Position numbers and translations under genes: made by a program. DNA of 64,000 nt, taken from assembly GCA_001029635.1 (NCBI GenBank), contig CP011209.1, positions 747,969 to 811,968 on the forward strand, read 5' to 3'. The notes under the pieces are model-generated. The model was not told the DNA's origin. It did no database searches and saw nothing but the letters and a program-made list of their open reading frames with translations. Source of the DNA: Candidatus Wolfebacteria bacterium GW2011_GWB1_47_1. GTDB taxonomy: Bacteria > Patescibacteriota > Minisyncoccia > UBA6257 > UBA9933. Below, one piece after another: positions 48,167-59,365 of this stretch (position 1 is the stretch's first letter; each line of letters opens with the position of its first letter).

Positions 48167-48667
48167 TTAGAACGTCGCGGATGCGACAATCTCGCGGCAT
48201 TTTGCGATAATCGCCGCCTTATCGGCGTCCGTCAGTCCGGTACGCATTACAGGGTAATGCAAAAACAATCTGCCGAATTCCGGTCCTCGAGTACGTATTG
48301 CTCCAATAAGGTGCCCTTCCTTTAGGATGCCGGCGTAGCCGGTGCCTTCCCCATTGAATACCAATGGGGATTCAACTGGCGGATCCTGAACCATAGGAAA
48401 CTGTTTCAGGGTCATAGTCGCTTCACATGCCACCACCAGTACCTCGACATCGCTCTTCCGCTTAACTTCATCGATTTTATCGGCTATTTTGCGCAACTCC
48501 GCGGCAGTATACCTGCGTCCGACCAACGGGCCATACTGACATAGGCCATATTGAGATTGAAATGATACTTCTCCGCTATAATCGCCGATAGTCCCCAAAA
48601 ACTCAGTAGATCCTCTTCTTACATCGGTTACCGCATTCCGATCATCGAATCCTATTTCTGAATCCAT
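48167..48667 (-). CDS. Hypothetical protein, paralog array member 4
   Basis: AGGAGG SD, own promoter; YTAAELRKIADKIDE. Confidence 0.7.
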   Translation of the reverse strand: MDSEIGFDDRNAVTDVRRGSTEFLGTIGDYSGEVSFQSQYGLCQYGPLVGRRYTAAELRKIADKIDEVKRKSDVEVLVVACEATMTLKQFPMVQDPPVESPLVFNGEGTGYAGILKEGHLIGAIRTRGPEFGRLFLHYPVMRTGLTDADKAAIIAKCREIVASATF

Positions 48668-48760
48668 ACCGCCTCCTTGATCTTCTTATAAATTTACACT
48701 CAATCTGCTGTTCGTATAATGCGTTTTAACCGGTTAGCTGTCAATTATCATAATGTGCTG

Positions 48761-49171
48761 CTATTTCCTTGCGAGCTCGGCGCATTTGACTGCGATCTCC
48801 ATCATTTCTTCTGGAGAAACCGAGCGTCTATTGGAATTTTGCCACGACTTCCATCTCCCGGGCCATCTCCCGTCTATATTTATCGTTCCGAGAGCCCCTT
48901 TTCTGTTGTGGACAATTAGTGCGGCCCCGACTGGACCATCTACTTGAATAAACACTAACGCCGTTTTTTTGCTCTCCCCCTCCTGTAATTCATCCACTTT
49001 GTCGGCGATCTCCCTCAACTCCGCAGAAGAATAGCAGTGCCCATTCTGAGCTCCGTGCAAACACAGAAACGCTCTTTTCCCACCCAACGTACTGACCGCC
49101 CCTAAGCGCCAGCTGCCCCTCATTACGTTTTGGCAAACGCCATGCTCCGTAAAGCTAAGCTTTTTGGACAT
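48761..49171 (-). CDS. Hypothetical protein, paralog array member 3
   Basis: GGAGG SD, own promoter; YSSAELREIADKVDE. Confidence 0.7.
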   Translation of the reverse strand: MSKKLSFTEHGVCQNVMRGSWRLGAVSTLGGKRAFLCLHGAQNGHCYSSAELREIADKVDELQEGESKKTALVFIQVDGPVGAALIVHNRKGALGTINIDGRWPGRWKSWQNSNRRSVSPEEMMEIAVKCAELARK

Positions 49172-49277
49172 ATCTCAACCTCCCTGGATTGTGATCAAAC
49201 TGCTGCTCAATTTATACAATTCAAATATAAATATGTCAATTTTGCTTGAGGTAAAACAAAGGCCCCGATTGAGGCCC

Positions 49278-49559
49278 TTACTCGTCTTTCTCGAAGAATT
49301 CTTTCCAGGGGTCGGGTTCTTCTATCTGCCCCTCCAGGGCTATACACTTTTCTTCGTAGAGCCGCTCGAGTTCTTCGCTCTTTTGCGCCAGCATGTATAA
49401 TTCGCTTGAAGAAAACGTCCGAGCTCTTGTTCCCTCGAAATATCGTTGAAATACCCTGAATTGCCCCTCCTCATTGAATATGCCACATAGGATACCTCCC
49501 TTTGACTCGCATACGTCCACAAGCACTTTTCCATCCTTTTGCTCTATGAACTTTATCAT
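49278..49559 (-). CDS. Hypothetical protein, paralog array member 2
   Basis: AGGAGG SD, own promoter; FSSSELYMLAQKSEE. Confidence 0.7.
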   Translation of the reverse strand: MIKFIEQKDGKVLVDVCESKGGILCGIFNEEGQFRVFQRYFEGTRARTFSSSELYMLAQKSEELERLYEEKCIALEGQIEEPDPWKEFFEKDE

Positions 49560-49671
49560 TATAGAAGACCTCCTTAAGAATCCTTCTCATGGACTACTTC
49601 AGTAATACCCACCTTCCATTCTGTTGTCAATCCGTCAAAAAAGGCCCTGCATGTGCGGGGCCTGTACTGGC

Positions 49672-50349
49672 TTACATTTCGCCACGGTCGGCAAAGATCG
49701 CGCAATCACCAACCGCTTGCGGTTGCGGTTCCTTTGCGTGACTGTTGCTCGGCTGTTCCGCTTCGCCGAAGTCGGCCAGCTTGAGGAGCTGCAGAAGCAT
49801 CTCGTCCTCCAGGTTATTTACACCCCTTACTCTCTGCTCGGTTACGGGGCGGTATCCAACCTTTACTTCCTCGCCCTTATAGTGAGCACTGTTGTATGTA
49901 TAGATACCTGGAGAATATGTTTCCCATTGCCCTTTGCCGCCGGCGATCGCCAAATGATCGTGTCCATTCCTAACGATTTCAGCATGACCGAACGGCGTAT
50001 CTTCGGAAAACGTCTGTCGCGCCAAAGCCTCCAGTCTTCCGAATGCAGGACCAAATCTTACCTCCCGTTCGGCACATTTTTTTACGAATTCCTCTGCTTT
50101 TGCGCTGATCTCCTTCCACTGTTCGAGCGTGAACGTATTAGAATAGGACATGATTCTCGAGGAATCATCTTCGATCTTCGTTCCGGAAATGGTAATCCTG
50201 CCACTCGCTCGTATGTGACCGATATGCTCCTCGCCAAGAAGCATATCAACCGCGAGCTCCGTGAAATAGCTCACGCCCTTGCGGATACTCATAAATTGCC
50301 GCATCCCTTCTTCAAATCTCAGTGTCGGGCTCTTCTTTTCCTCGGTCAT
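49672..50349 (-). CDS. Hypothetical protein, paralog array member 1
   Basis: AAGGAG SD, own promoter; FTLEQWKEISAKAEE. Confidence 0.7.
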   Translation of the reverse strand: MTEEKKSPTLRFEEGMRQFMSIRKGVSYFTELAVDMLLGEEHIGHIRASGRITISGTKIEDDSSRIMSYSNTFTLEQWKEISAKAEEFVKKCAEREVRFGPAFGRLEALARQTFSEDTPFGHAEIVRNGHDHLAIAGGKGQWETYSPGIYTYNSAHYKGEEVKVGYRPVTEQRVRGVNNLEDEMLLQLLKLADFGEAEQPSNSHAKEPQPQAVGDCAIFADRGEM

Positions 50350-50596
50350 TACGGGTCTCCTTATTGCCTGCCTTTTAGTTGTTTAGATCTGCCCAAACGG
50401 TAGCTGTTCCCCCTATATATGTCAAATATGTACGTCATCTGATGACGTACATAGCACGTTACCTGCAAAATGGCGTCCTCCCCGCACTCCCTCCAGTCAT
50501 ACGGGTTTCCTGGTAGGGTAGTAAAAAGTTCGGCAGATGCCTGCCGAACTTTGTAGTTCGGCAACATTGCCGAACCCATCGCCTTCCCTAGGTAGA

Positions 50597-51151
50597 TCAT
50601 AAATTCCTCACGAGCGCATCCACCTTCCGCAGTAGATCCTCCCGCTCGCCTTCGTTTATGATCAGGAAGTCCGCCATTGCGATCGGCCCCGCCTGATGCA
50701 GGTTTTCGATCTGCGATCGGTCACGACTCCAGGCCTCGGCCGCCGTCAACGGGCGCTTAGGGCGTATCGCAAGACGCGCATAACGGATCGCCGGCGATGC
50801 ATGTACCGCGACAACTAGAAACGCGCTCCCGAATACGTCCCTAAAGCGCATAAATTCTTCCCAGGAATAGAGGCTCTCAACCAGAACATGCGGTGTGTCG
50901 ATTATAGGTTCGATCTTCTGAATCACCCGCTCGGCATAAACCAACGGACCAAACTCGCTACGCAGACCTTCGCGGACAGCCCGTTCATTCTCCTCACTGA
51001 TTGCCAGTCCGCGACGCGCCATCTCATCGAACGTGACTTCCCCAAAATATACTTTTGGCCATCCATACCTTTCGATAATATACTCGACGACCTCAGTCTT
51101 CCCCGCGCCTGACAATCCGATTATGGCGATGATCTTTCTCTGACCTTCCAT
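50597..51151 (-). CDS. P-loop nucleotide kinase (dephospho-CoA/NMP kinase-like)
   Basis: IIGLSGAGKT Walker A, R..RP lid, ADFLIIN; AAGGAGG SD before MEGQ. Confidence 0.8.
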   Translation of the reverse strand: MEGQRKIIAIIGLSGAGKTEVVEYIIERYGWPKVYFGEVTFDEMARRGLAISEENERAVREGLRSEFGPLVYAERVIQKIEPIIDTPHVLVESLYSWEEFMRFRDVFGSAFLVVAVHASPAIRYARLAIRPKRPLTAAEAWSRDRSQIENLHQAGPIAMADFLIINEGEREDLLRKVDALVRNL

Positions 51152-51306
51152 ACAAGTACCTCCTTCTGTGTTTAATGGTCTGGCGTCAGTATGACTCCTT
51201 TTTTTGCAGATTTCCACTCTTTGACAATACTTATTGTATATGGTTATATTTCGACAGAATCATTATCAATCAGTAATCCATATCACACCAGAAAACGGAG
51301 GTTCAC

Positions 51307-52134
51307 ATGCAACAGTATCTTGATCTCATCCAGGATGTTCTCAACAATGGAAAGCGTAAAGGCGACCCCCACGGCATCGGCAATCTCGCTGTATGCGGGC
51401 GGACCATGCGCTTCGACCTCACTGAGGGGTTTCCTCTCATCACCACCAAAAGCATGAAGAGTCTGTGGAAGTCTGTCATCGGCGAACTGCTTTGGTTCCT
51501 TTCGGGGAGTACGAGCATCGCCGATCTCAAGGCGTACGGTGTCAACTTCTGGGACCAGTGGGCGGACCAAAAGACCTGCGATATCATGGGTCTTCCGCTC
51601 GGCGAACTCGGACCGATCTACGGCAAACAGTGGCGCGCCTTCGAAGGAGGTGGCCCCAAGCCCGTGGACCAGATCCAACAGCTCGTCAACGATCTCAAGA
51701 CCAGTCCCGATTCACGAAGACTGATCGTCTCGTCCTGGAACCCGGTCGACGCAGATCGCGTGTTCGTAGCTCCCTGCCACTGCTTTTACAAGCTGTATCA
51801 CGCAGAGGGAGAGCTCTCCCTGCATCTGTTCCAGCGGAGTGGGGACATGCCCATCGGTATCCCTTTCAACATCGCGGAGTACTCACTCCTTCTGATGATG
51901 TTGGCGCAGATCACCGGGCTCAAGGCAAAAGAGTTCATCCATACCATTTCTGACACCCACATCTATCTGAACCAGATCGAGTTCATGCGCGAGCAACTTA
52001 CCCGCGATCCGCGGCCGTTGCCTAGCGTGACCCTCAATTCCAACATCACCGACATCTTCGGCTTCACCCCCGACGACTTCATTCTTACGGGGTACGATCC
52101 GCATCCTTACATCAAGATCCCCGTCGCGTGGTAA
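51307..52134 (+). CDS. thyA: Thymidylate synthase
   Basis: GFPLITTK, ELLWFLSG, LGPIYGKQWR, SRR, PCH, QRSGD...PFN, HIY. Confidence 0.95.
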   Translation: MQQYLDLIQDVLNNGKRKGDPHGIGNLAVCGRTMRFDLTEGFPLITTKSMKSLWKSVIGELLWFLSGSTSIADLKAYGVNFWDQWADQKTCDIMGLPLGELGPIYGKQWRAFEGGGPKPVDQIQQLVNDLKTSPDSRRLIVSSWNPVDADRVFVAPCHCFYKLYHAEGELSLHLFQRSGDMPIGIPFNIAEYSLLLMMLAQITGLKAKEFIHTISDTHIYLNQIEFMREQLTRDPRPLPSVTLNSNITDIFGFTPDDFILTGYDPHPYIKIPVAW

Positions 52135-52158
52135 CCCGCGATACACAAGGAGCTCTCT

Positions 52159-53142
52159 ATGATCATTTCGGTCATCTTCGCCATGAACGGCGATCGCATC
52201 ATTGGCAACAAAGGCGGTCTGCCCTGGCATCTGCCGAGCGATCTGCACCGATTCAGAGCACTCACCGCCGGCAAGCCGGTCATCATGGGGCGTCGGACCT
52301 TCGAGTCCATACTCGCCCGCAACCGAAAGCCGCTTCCCGACCGCTGTAACGTGGTCGTCACCCGCAATATCGCACCGTGGAAGCATCGCCAGAGCACGCA
52401 CCCCGAAATGTTTCGCAACTGCGTCTTTGTCGAATCGCTTCAGCAGGGCATCCATCTGATGAACCCCTCTCCCGAGGTATTCATCATTGGAGGGTCTCAG
52501 ATCTACGCACAGGCACTCTCGTTCGCTGACCGGATGTACTTCACACAAGTGCAGGGTAAATTTGAGGGAGATACAACATTCCCCCAGTTCAACCCGCACC
52601 AGTGGAGGACCGTCCATGACGAGCTCATACGCACAGACAACCATCCGTATGCGTTCTCGATCCTGGAGCGTCTCGACACCGGCGCGTCACTCGGATCAAC
52701 TTCGGGTACCGACCTGGTCAACCCGACCTTTGCCAAAAGCGAAGGGTATGGCAAGACCATTACTGAAATCATCGAGGCGGGCATCTGCCCGTTCTGCCCC
52801 GAACACTTCCTTTGGCATCCCTGGCCGATCCTACATCGCTCCGGCGACTGGATCCTCACTCGTAGCGGATGGCCGTACGAGAACGCAGAGCATCACTTCC
52901 TCATCATCGGAAACAAACACCTCATCGCCGACATCGACATGAGCGATGCCGACGACCATCATGTAAAAGGACTCACCCGATGGGCCATCGAACAATTCGG
53001 CCTCAAAGGATGGGGGAAGATCGCTCGTTCTGGCGAAACAAGCCACACCGGCGCGACCGTACAGCATTTGCACTACCATCTCATCCAGCCCAAACCGGGC
53101 CTGGATGGAAAGGCACTGCCAGTCAACTTCCCGATCGGATGA
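52159..53142 (+). CDS. folA: Dihydrofolate reductase fused to HIT-family hydrolase
   Basis: LPWHLPSD, IMGRRTFES, IIGGSQIY, GDTTFP; C-terminal CPFC...HLHYHLI. Confidence 0.88.
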   Translation: MIISVIFAMNGDRIIGNKGGLPWHLPSDLHRFRALTAGKPVIMGRRTFESILARNRKPLPDRCNVVVTRNIAPWKHRQSTHPEMFRNCVFVESLQQGIHLMNPSPEVFIIGGSQIYAQALSFADRMYFTQVQGKFEGDTTFPQFNPHQWRTVHDELIRTDNHPYAFSILERLDTGASLGSTSGTDLVNPTFAKSEGYGKTITEIIEAGICPFCPEHFLWHPWPILHRSGDWILTRSGWPYENAEHHFLIIGNKHLIADIDMSDADDHHVKGLTRWAIEQFGLKGWGKIARSGETSHTGATVQHLHYHLIQPKPGLDGKALPVNFPIG

Positions 53143-53153
53143 TATGGATCCAC

Positions 53154-53185
53154 AAAAAAGCCCCGCGCATGCGGGGCTTGTTTTT
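53154..53185. terminator. Bidirectional intrinsic terminator
   Basis: aaaaaa-gccccgc-gcat-gcggggc-ttgttttt between convergent genes. Confidence 0.8.
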
Positions 53186-53201
53186 ATTCTCAGTAGGGCT
53201 A

Positions 53202-54056
53202 TCATGCCACATGGACGATCTCGACCCCCCGACTCCTGAGAATGCTTTCTCCCTCCAGATAAGCGCACCCGGAAGAAAAGTACAGTCGGGAAATTCCAGA
53301 TTCAGCTACGAGGCCAGCGCAAGGAGTGCACGGGAACACCGTGACATACAAATGCATGCCTTTGAGCGGGATGCCTTCGCGCGCAGCCCTGGCCACGATC
53401 CCTGCCTCGGCATGAATCGTGGACGCCAGCTCCGGGCTCGTGCCCGCCCGCACAAAGTCGCGCGGATCCCCTACAGCATACGGCGTATGCTCGCTCGGAA
53501 GATGTTTGTTGTGCGCCATCAACAAGACTTGCCTGCTTTCCGGATGGATCACCGCCGCACCTACTTGGCGCCACCAGCATGAGGTCTTTTGCCCCTCATC
53601 CTCCGCGGCCCGTATCGCCTCCTTATCGGCGAGGTCCACGGTCCTCCAGTCGAAGTTGACCTTTACTTCCAATTTTACTCGGTTAGGATCCCATCGGAGA
53701 AACACCGACTCTTTTACGACCGACTCTTCCGGGAAGTAGTGCTCAACGAAGCTTCTGCTTGCCTCATCGTTCGCGACAATGATCTGCCGTCCGTGTAGTC
53801 GCTGCAAGAACGCCAGCGACTGCCTGTTGAGCACCTCCACATGCGGGAATATCCGCAACCCCCGAATCGCCTTTACGACATCCTTCGGATCCATTGCCCT
53901 GATCTCGCGCACGCCGGGTTGAAGCTCTCGCATCATCTCGTTCCCAAACACGTAGCATGCCTCGATGCGATGCCGGTACCGCTCAAACAGATCGATATAC
54001 CCCTGATGGAGCACCGGCACATACAGCACGAGGAAACTTCTTATGAACGCATTCAT
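53202..54056 (-). CDS. dCMP deaminase-family protein with N-terminal nucleotidyltransferase-like domain
   Basis: RQVGA, HAE, PCTPC; N-terminal VPVLHQGY HIGH-like motif. Confidence 0.85.
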   Translation of the reverse strand: MNAFIRSFLVLYVPVLHQGYIDLFERYRHRIEACYVFGNEMMRELQPGVREIRAMDPKDVVKAIRGLRIFPHVEVLNRQSLAFLQRLHGRQIIVANDEASRSFVEHYFPEESVVKESVFLRWDPNRVKLEVKVNFDWRTVDLADKEAIRAAEDEGQKTSCWWRQVGAAVIHPESRQVLLMAHNKHLPSEHTPYAVGDPRDFVRAGTSPELASTIHAEAGIVARAAREGIPLKGMHLYVTVFPCTPCAGLVAESGISRLYFSSGCAYLEGESILRSRGVEIVHVA

Positions 54057-54601
54057 ACCAGCCCCCTTTCCTTAAGCATCGTGATGATCGGCGCCAGACA
54101 GTCCCGCAGAATCCTGAAGACCAGATTCGATGTACTCGTTTCTGCCTGCCGAGGAAGCATCTTTACCTCTCCGCAATATTGCTTGATCTCCTCGATCTGC
54201 TCCGGCGGGTATGAGTCGTCGGTAATGATGAACGTATCTACCTGAATCTCTTTGATCAGACCGTACTGCCACCTTCCTTCTTCGTCAACGTCGTCGAGTA
54301 ATAGGATAAGGTCCACACACTCGAGATAGGACAGCATCTCCATTCGCTCATCCTGGACAACCATAGGGCGCATGGAATTTTTCTTGTACAGCTTGATCGC
54401 ACGGTCACTATCCGTACCGACGATCAACACATCACCCTCTTCCTTCGCCTTCATCAGGTATCGGACATGCCCCACATGCAACATGTCCCACGATCCGATT
54501 GTCACGATAATCCTGCAGCCTTGTGCCCGCAGTCCTTCGACGATCGCCAGCAGTGCCCTTGGGTCCTTTACCACCTTCTTCTTGTGATCAAGTAGATGCA
54601 T
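54053..54601 (-). CDS. HIGH-motif cytidylyl/adenylyltransferase (TagD/RfaE-II-like)
   Basis: GSWDMLHVGH, LIVGTDSD, RP...ER, STS; ATGA overlap with the deaminase. Confidence 0.88.
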   Translation of the reverse strand: MHLLDHKKKVVKDPRALLAIVEGLRAQGCRIIVTIGSWDMLHVGHVRYLMKAKEEGDVLIVGTDSDRAIKLYKKNSMRPMVVQDERMEMLSYLECVDLILLLDDVDEEGRWQYGLIKEIQVDTFIITDDSYPPEQIEEIKQYCGEVKMLPRQAETSTSNLVFRILRDCLAPIITMLKERGLV

Positions 54602-54820
54602 ACTACCCCCTTGCCTTTTGTATTGGAATTTCCATTCCTATAGAGTTGTCGAATTTCTGCCTTAGGAATACCATAAAAGTTGACCTGAGTCAAAGACTTT
54701 TTTCGACAGATGTCGAGCCTATCTTCTTCCCACTTTTTTATAAAAAGTGGGGTAAAAGAAAGAAGCGCAAGGCGCTTCTTTCTTTTTTTTGCTGGCTATT
54801 TTTTAGTAGCCTCCTCCCAT

Positions 54821-54839
54821 CCCTTCGGCAAGCTCAGGG
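54821..54839. repeat. Short palindromic repeat
   Basis: cccttcggcaagctcaggg; relatives at 35990-36009 and 46346-46364. Confidence 0.6.
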
Positions 54840-54896
54840 CGAGTGAGATCTTTTGTTTTTATTACTTTCAGATTTTTACTCTTCGGTGCGTCGAAA

Positions 54897-56597
<1,701 letters not shown>

Positions 56598-56628
56598 TCA
56601 TGCTTCATTACTCATACTTCGTTATTAT

Positions 56629-56916
56629 TTATCCAAGTATCGCAAAAATGTTATCTTCGTCACCGACCATATATTTCCTTCCCTCGATTTCGACTTCGGA
56701 CAATCCGTATTTTTTATACAACACGGTATCTCCGACCTTGACCGACATCGGGATGCGCTCACCCTTCTCATTCATCTTGCCTTCGCCTACCGCGATCACC
56801 GTGCCGGTGGTCGGCTTTGACTCAGCCGACTCTGGGATATAGATCCCGCTTTTCGTCATCGATTCGGCTTCGATCGGGTCAATGAAGATATGGTTTGCTA
56901 ATGGTTTAATTTGCAT
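56629..56916 (-). CDS. groS: Co-chaperonin GroES
   Basis: IKPL, TKSGIYIP, AVGEG, VKVGD; start MQIKP. Confidence 0.96.
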   Translation of the reverse strand: MQIKPLANHIFIDPIEAESMTKSGIYIPESAESKPTTGTVIAVGEGKMNEKGERIPMSVKVGDTVLYKKYGLSEVEIEGRKYMVGDEDNIFAILG

Positions 56917-57121
56917 TGCATGCATGAGGTACGAGGTAAGCATTACGAGGTAAGCGGGTTCACAATTACCCTCCCTTATTCATACTTCTTAGTTCGTACT
57001 CCTATTATTTTCTAGAGTTTTCTTTAAAAATGACCTTTTGCAAAGCCATGTATCACTATTATAGTGCCAGCTCGACGTATGTCAATTTATACAAAAAGAG
57101 CCGCTTTTGCGGCTCTTTACG

Positions 57122-57406
57122 CTATCTTCCCTCCTTTATTTTTGCCCTTAAGCATTTCCGGCAATAGTTAGGAGCATTTCCGCTGATCGGCACATCTACT
57201 ATCGTTCTTCTCTTTTCACCACCCGAGCTGTACACCGTAGTATGCTGCATGTAGACACCCCGCTTGGGATACATCGAGGTCATATGCCCGCATTTGGTCG
57301 CACTCATATATCGGGTGCGCAGCATTCTGTAACAGAGATATATCATACTACATGCTACCAACACGTAGCACGCCCATGCGACCCCTAATAATTGCCGTTC
57401 CACCAT
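57122..57406 (-). CDS. Hypothetical TM + CxH/CxxC protein (cassette)
   Basis: G-rich SD, TTGACA promoter at 57476-81, terminator. Confidence 0.6.
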   Translation of the reverse strand: MVERQLLGVAWACYVLVACSMIYLCYRMLRTRYMSATKCGHMTSMYPKRGVYMQHTTVYSSGGEKRRTIVDVPISGNAPNYCRKCLRAKIKEGR

Positions 57407-57518
57407 GTCGAACCCCCTTTATTCGTTTGTAAATGATGCATTATCTTTTTCTGGTATACAGGAATTTTTGTTGTGTGTCAAAAGCCCCTTGTTTGGGGGC
57501 TTTTGACACACTAATATA

Positions 57519-57540
57519 TTATTCTCCGCTTTGTGGTTTA
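57519..57540. repeat. 22-bp exact copy of the rmuC 3' end
   Basis: ttattctccgctttgtggttta at 57519-57540 and 58197-58218. Confidence 0.9.
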
Positions 57541-57616
57541 CTCTTCTTGCGTTTTGTTGCATTTACATTAATACTATAGGCAGATTTTTTATTTCACTAT
57601 ATGGGAGGAGAATTCC

Positions 57617-58153
57617 ATGAACGGATGCAGATGCCTTAGACACAGGAAATACGGACCTCGAACTGAAACCGCAGAGGACAGGCAACTACGGGCCGATATG
57701 CACGAGATCGCGCGCTGGCAAACAGAGGAGGCCGCGCACAAAGAACTCGTCGCAACTTTCAATGATCCGAGAGTGAGCCCAAGCGATAAGGAGCGCTTAT
57801 TTCACCTCAGGGATTGCGTTCCGAGCATGCTGCGCTTCAGTCGCAAGATGTTCCCCTTTCTCGAACAAGACTCGGACATTGAGTATGCTAAAAGCCTGCG
57901 AAGCTGTCTTGACCTGCCAGGCAAAAGGAGACACCTCAATCGACAATTCCGCTTCGAGAAAGACGACCTGGCGATCGAAACACACCGAGGAGAGGGTCTC
58001 TTTGGGGAAATTGGGCGCTTCCCCCTTACCTCGCTCCAGCTTGAGCTTGAGATCCGGGACAATCCCTGCAAAGATGGTTGCGTGAAAAAGGGTCTTATCG
58101 TTCACGTGCACTACAGGCCTGCCGTGGATTCTCTCGACAGTTCCACCCTCTGA
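57617..58153 (+). CDS. Hypothetical protein (cassette flanked by 22-bp direct repeats)
   Basis: GGGAGGAG SD, terminator at 58163. Confidence 0.65.
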   Translation: MNGCRCLRHRKYGPRTETAEDRQLRADMHEIARWQTEEAAHKELVATFNDPRVSPSDKERLFHLRDCVPSMLRFSRKMFPFLEQDSDIEYAKSLRSCLDLPGKRRHLNRQFRFEKDDLAIETHRGEGLFGEIGRFPLTSLQLELEIRDNPCKDGCVKKGLIVHVHYRPAVDSLDSSTL

Positions 58154-58196
58154 TATCAAAATGCCCCGCATCACGCGGGGCATTTTTTGTTTCTCG

Positions 58197-59294
58197 TTAT
58201 TCTCCGCTTTGTGGTTTATCAAGCGACATGGGTTCAATCCCCGCTGCCTCGCCCGATATCTTCAGGATATCCTTATCAATCTTGCTGAGTTCTTTATATG
58301 CGGCATTATAGTGGTTCACACTTGTCCCTAGTGTCGTACCCAACTTCTGCATATACATATCGTAACTTGCAATATGCTTACCAAGGTCTTCGACTCGTTT
58401 GCGGATCTCTTTTGCTCCTTCTTCGATCTTGAATGCACGAAATCCGTAAAGCACCGACTGCAGATATGCTGCGAACGTCGTAGGTGAAACGATAATGACG
58501 TTTTTTTCCTTGTATGCGTAATCGATCAGGCTTCGCGTATTTACCTTAACCGCACCTACTTCGTTAATCAACAGGTCGTAGTAGATACCTTCGGCAGGAA
58601 TATACATGAATGCGAACGGCAATGTGCCTTCATTCGGGCGAATATACTTTGCCGTTTCATCGATGCGCTTCTTAAGATCATTTTTAAATTCTTTTTCGAG
58701 TTCTTCCTTTTTTGCCTCATCCGTTTCCGCGATGATGCGGCTATAGTTATCAAGCGAAAACTTTGCATCAACCGGAATGATCCCTTCCTTGGTAATGATC
58801 GCTGCGTCCACCTTTTCCTTGTTCGCAAACTCATACTGCGTCTTATATGCGGTCGGCGGCAAAATATTACTCATGACCAATTCCAGACTTGCCTCTCCCA
58901 AGTTGCCACGCTGCTTTTGGTTCTTCAATACCTTTTCAAGATTCTGTAGCTGGTCTGCGATAGTAAATACCTGTTTATTAGACTCCTGCACTTGCGCGAT
59001 TTGCTCGGTGATGTCTTTGATCAACTTTTGAGATTCTGTGAATTGGGTACGAACTGCGTTCTGCATTTCGTCGCGCGATCGGCTAAATGTTGACTGCATC
59101 TCCTCTCGAGAGTGCGTCAATTTAGTATCAAGCATCTTTGCAATATCGTTGATCTGTGACTGTAGCATCATCATCGACTGATCATCCTTTCGTTCCTCCG
59201 GTTGAGGGGTGAGCCTTTTTAACAAGAAATAGATCGCTACAATTACGATCACTGCGAAAACGACCAATAAGCCAATAAGAGTAAGTATATTCAT
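58197..59294 (-). CDS. rmuC: DNA recombination protein RmuC
   Basis: RGNLGE, PVDAKF, KYI, FAFMYIPAEG, VSPTT. Confidence 0.92.
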   Translation of the reverse strand: MNILTLIGLLVVFAVIVIVAIYFLLKRLTPQPEERKDDQSMMMLQSQINDIAKMLDTKLTHSREEMQSTFSRSRDEMQNAVRTQFTESQKLIKDITEQIAQVQESNKQVFTIADQLQNLEKVLKNQKQRGNLGEASLELVMSNILPPTAYKTQYEFANKEKVDAAIITKEGIIPVDAKFSLDNYSRIIAETDEAKKEELEKEFKNDLKKRIDETAKYIRPNEGTLPFAFMYIPAEGIYYDLLINEVGAVKVNTRSLIDYAYKEKNVIIVSPTTFAAYLQSVLYGFRAFKIEEGAKEIRKRVEDLGKHIASYDMYMQKLGTTLGTSVNHYNAAYKELSKIDKDILKISGEAAGIEPMSLDKPQSGE

Positions 59295-59365
59295 AGTAAT
59301 GCGCGCCGGGACATGCAACTTTGTCTCATGTCACATATTTCCATTTATGCTATACTACCACATAT

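Noticed and set aside
50361-50600. 79-aa ORF after the kinase
   Set aside because: Overlaps the promoter of the next gene and has no recognisable motif; cannot be supported
51307-52134. Phage-type dCMP hydroxymethylase for DNA hypermodification
   Set aside because: Specificity residue is Asn (PFN), not Asp, and DHFR is adjacent, as expected for a dUMP methylase
48167-54601. Prophage
   Set aside because: No integrase, terminase, capsid or tail genes, and no att repeats seen
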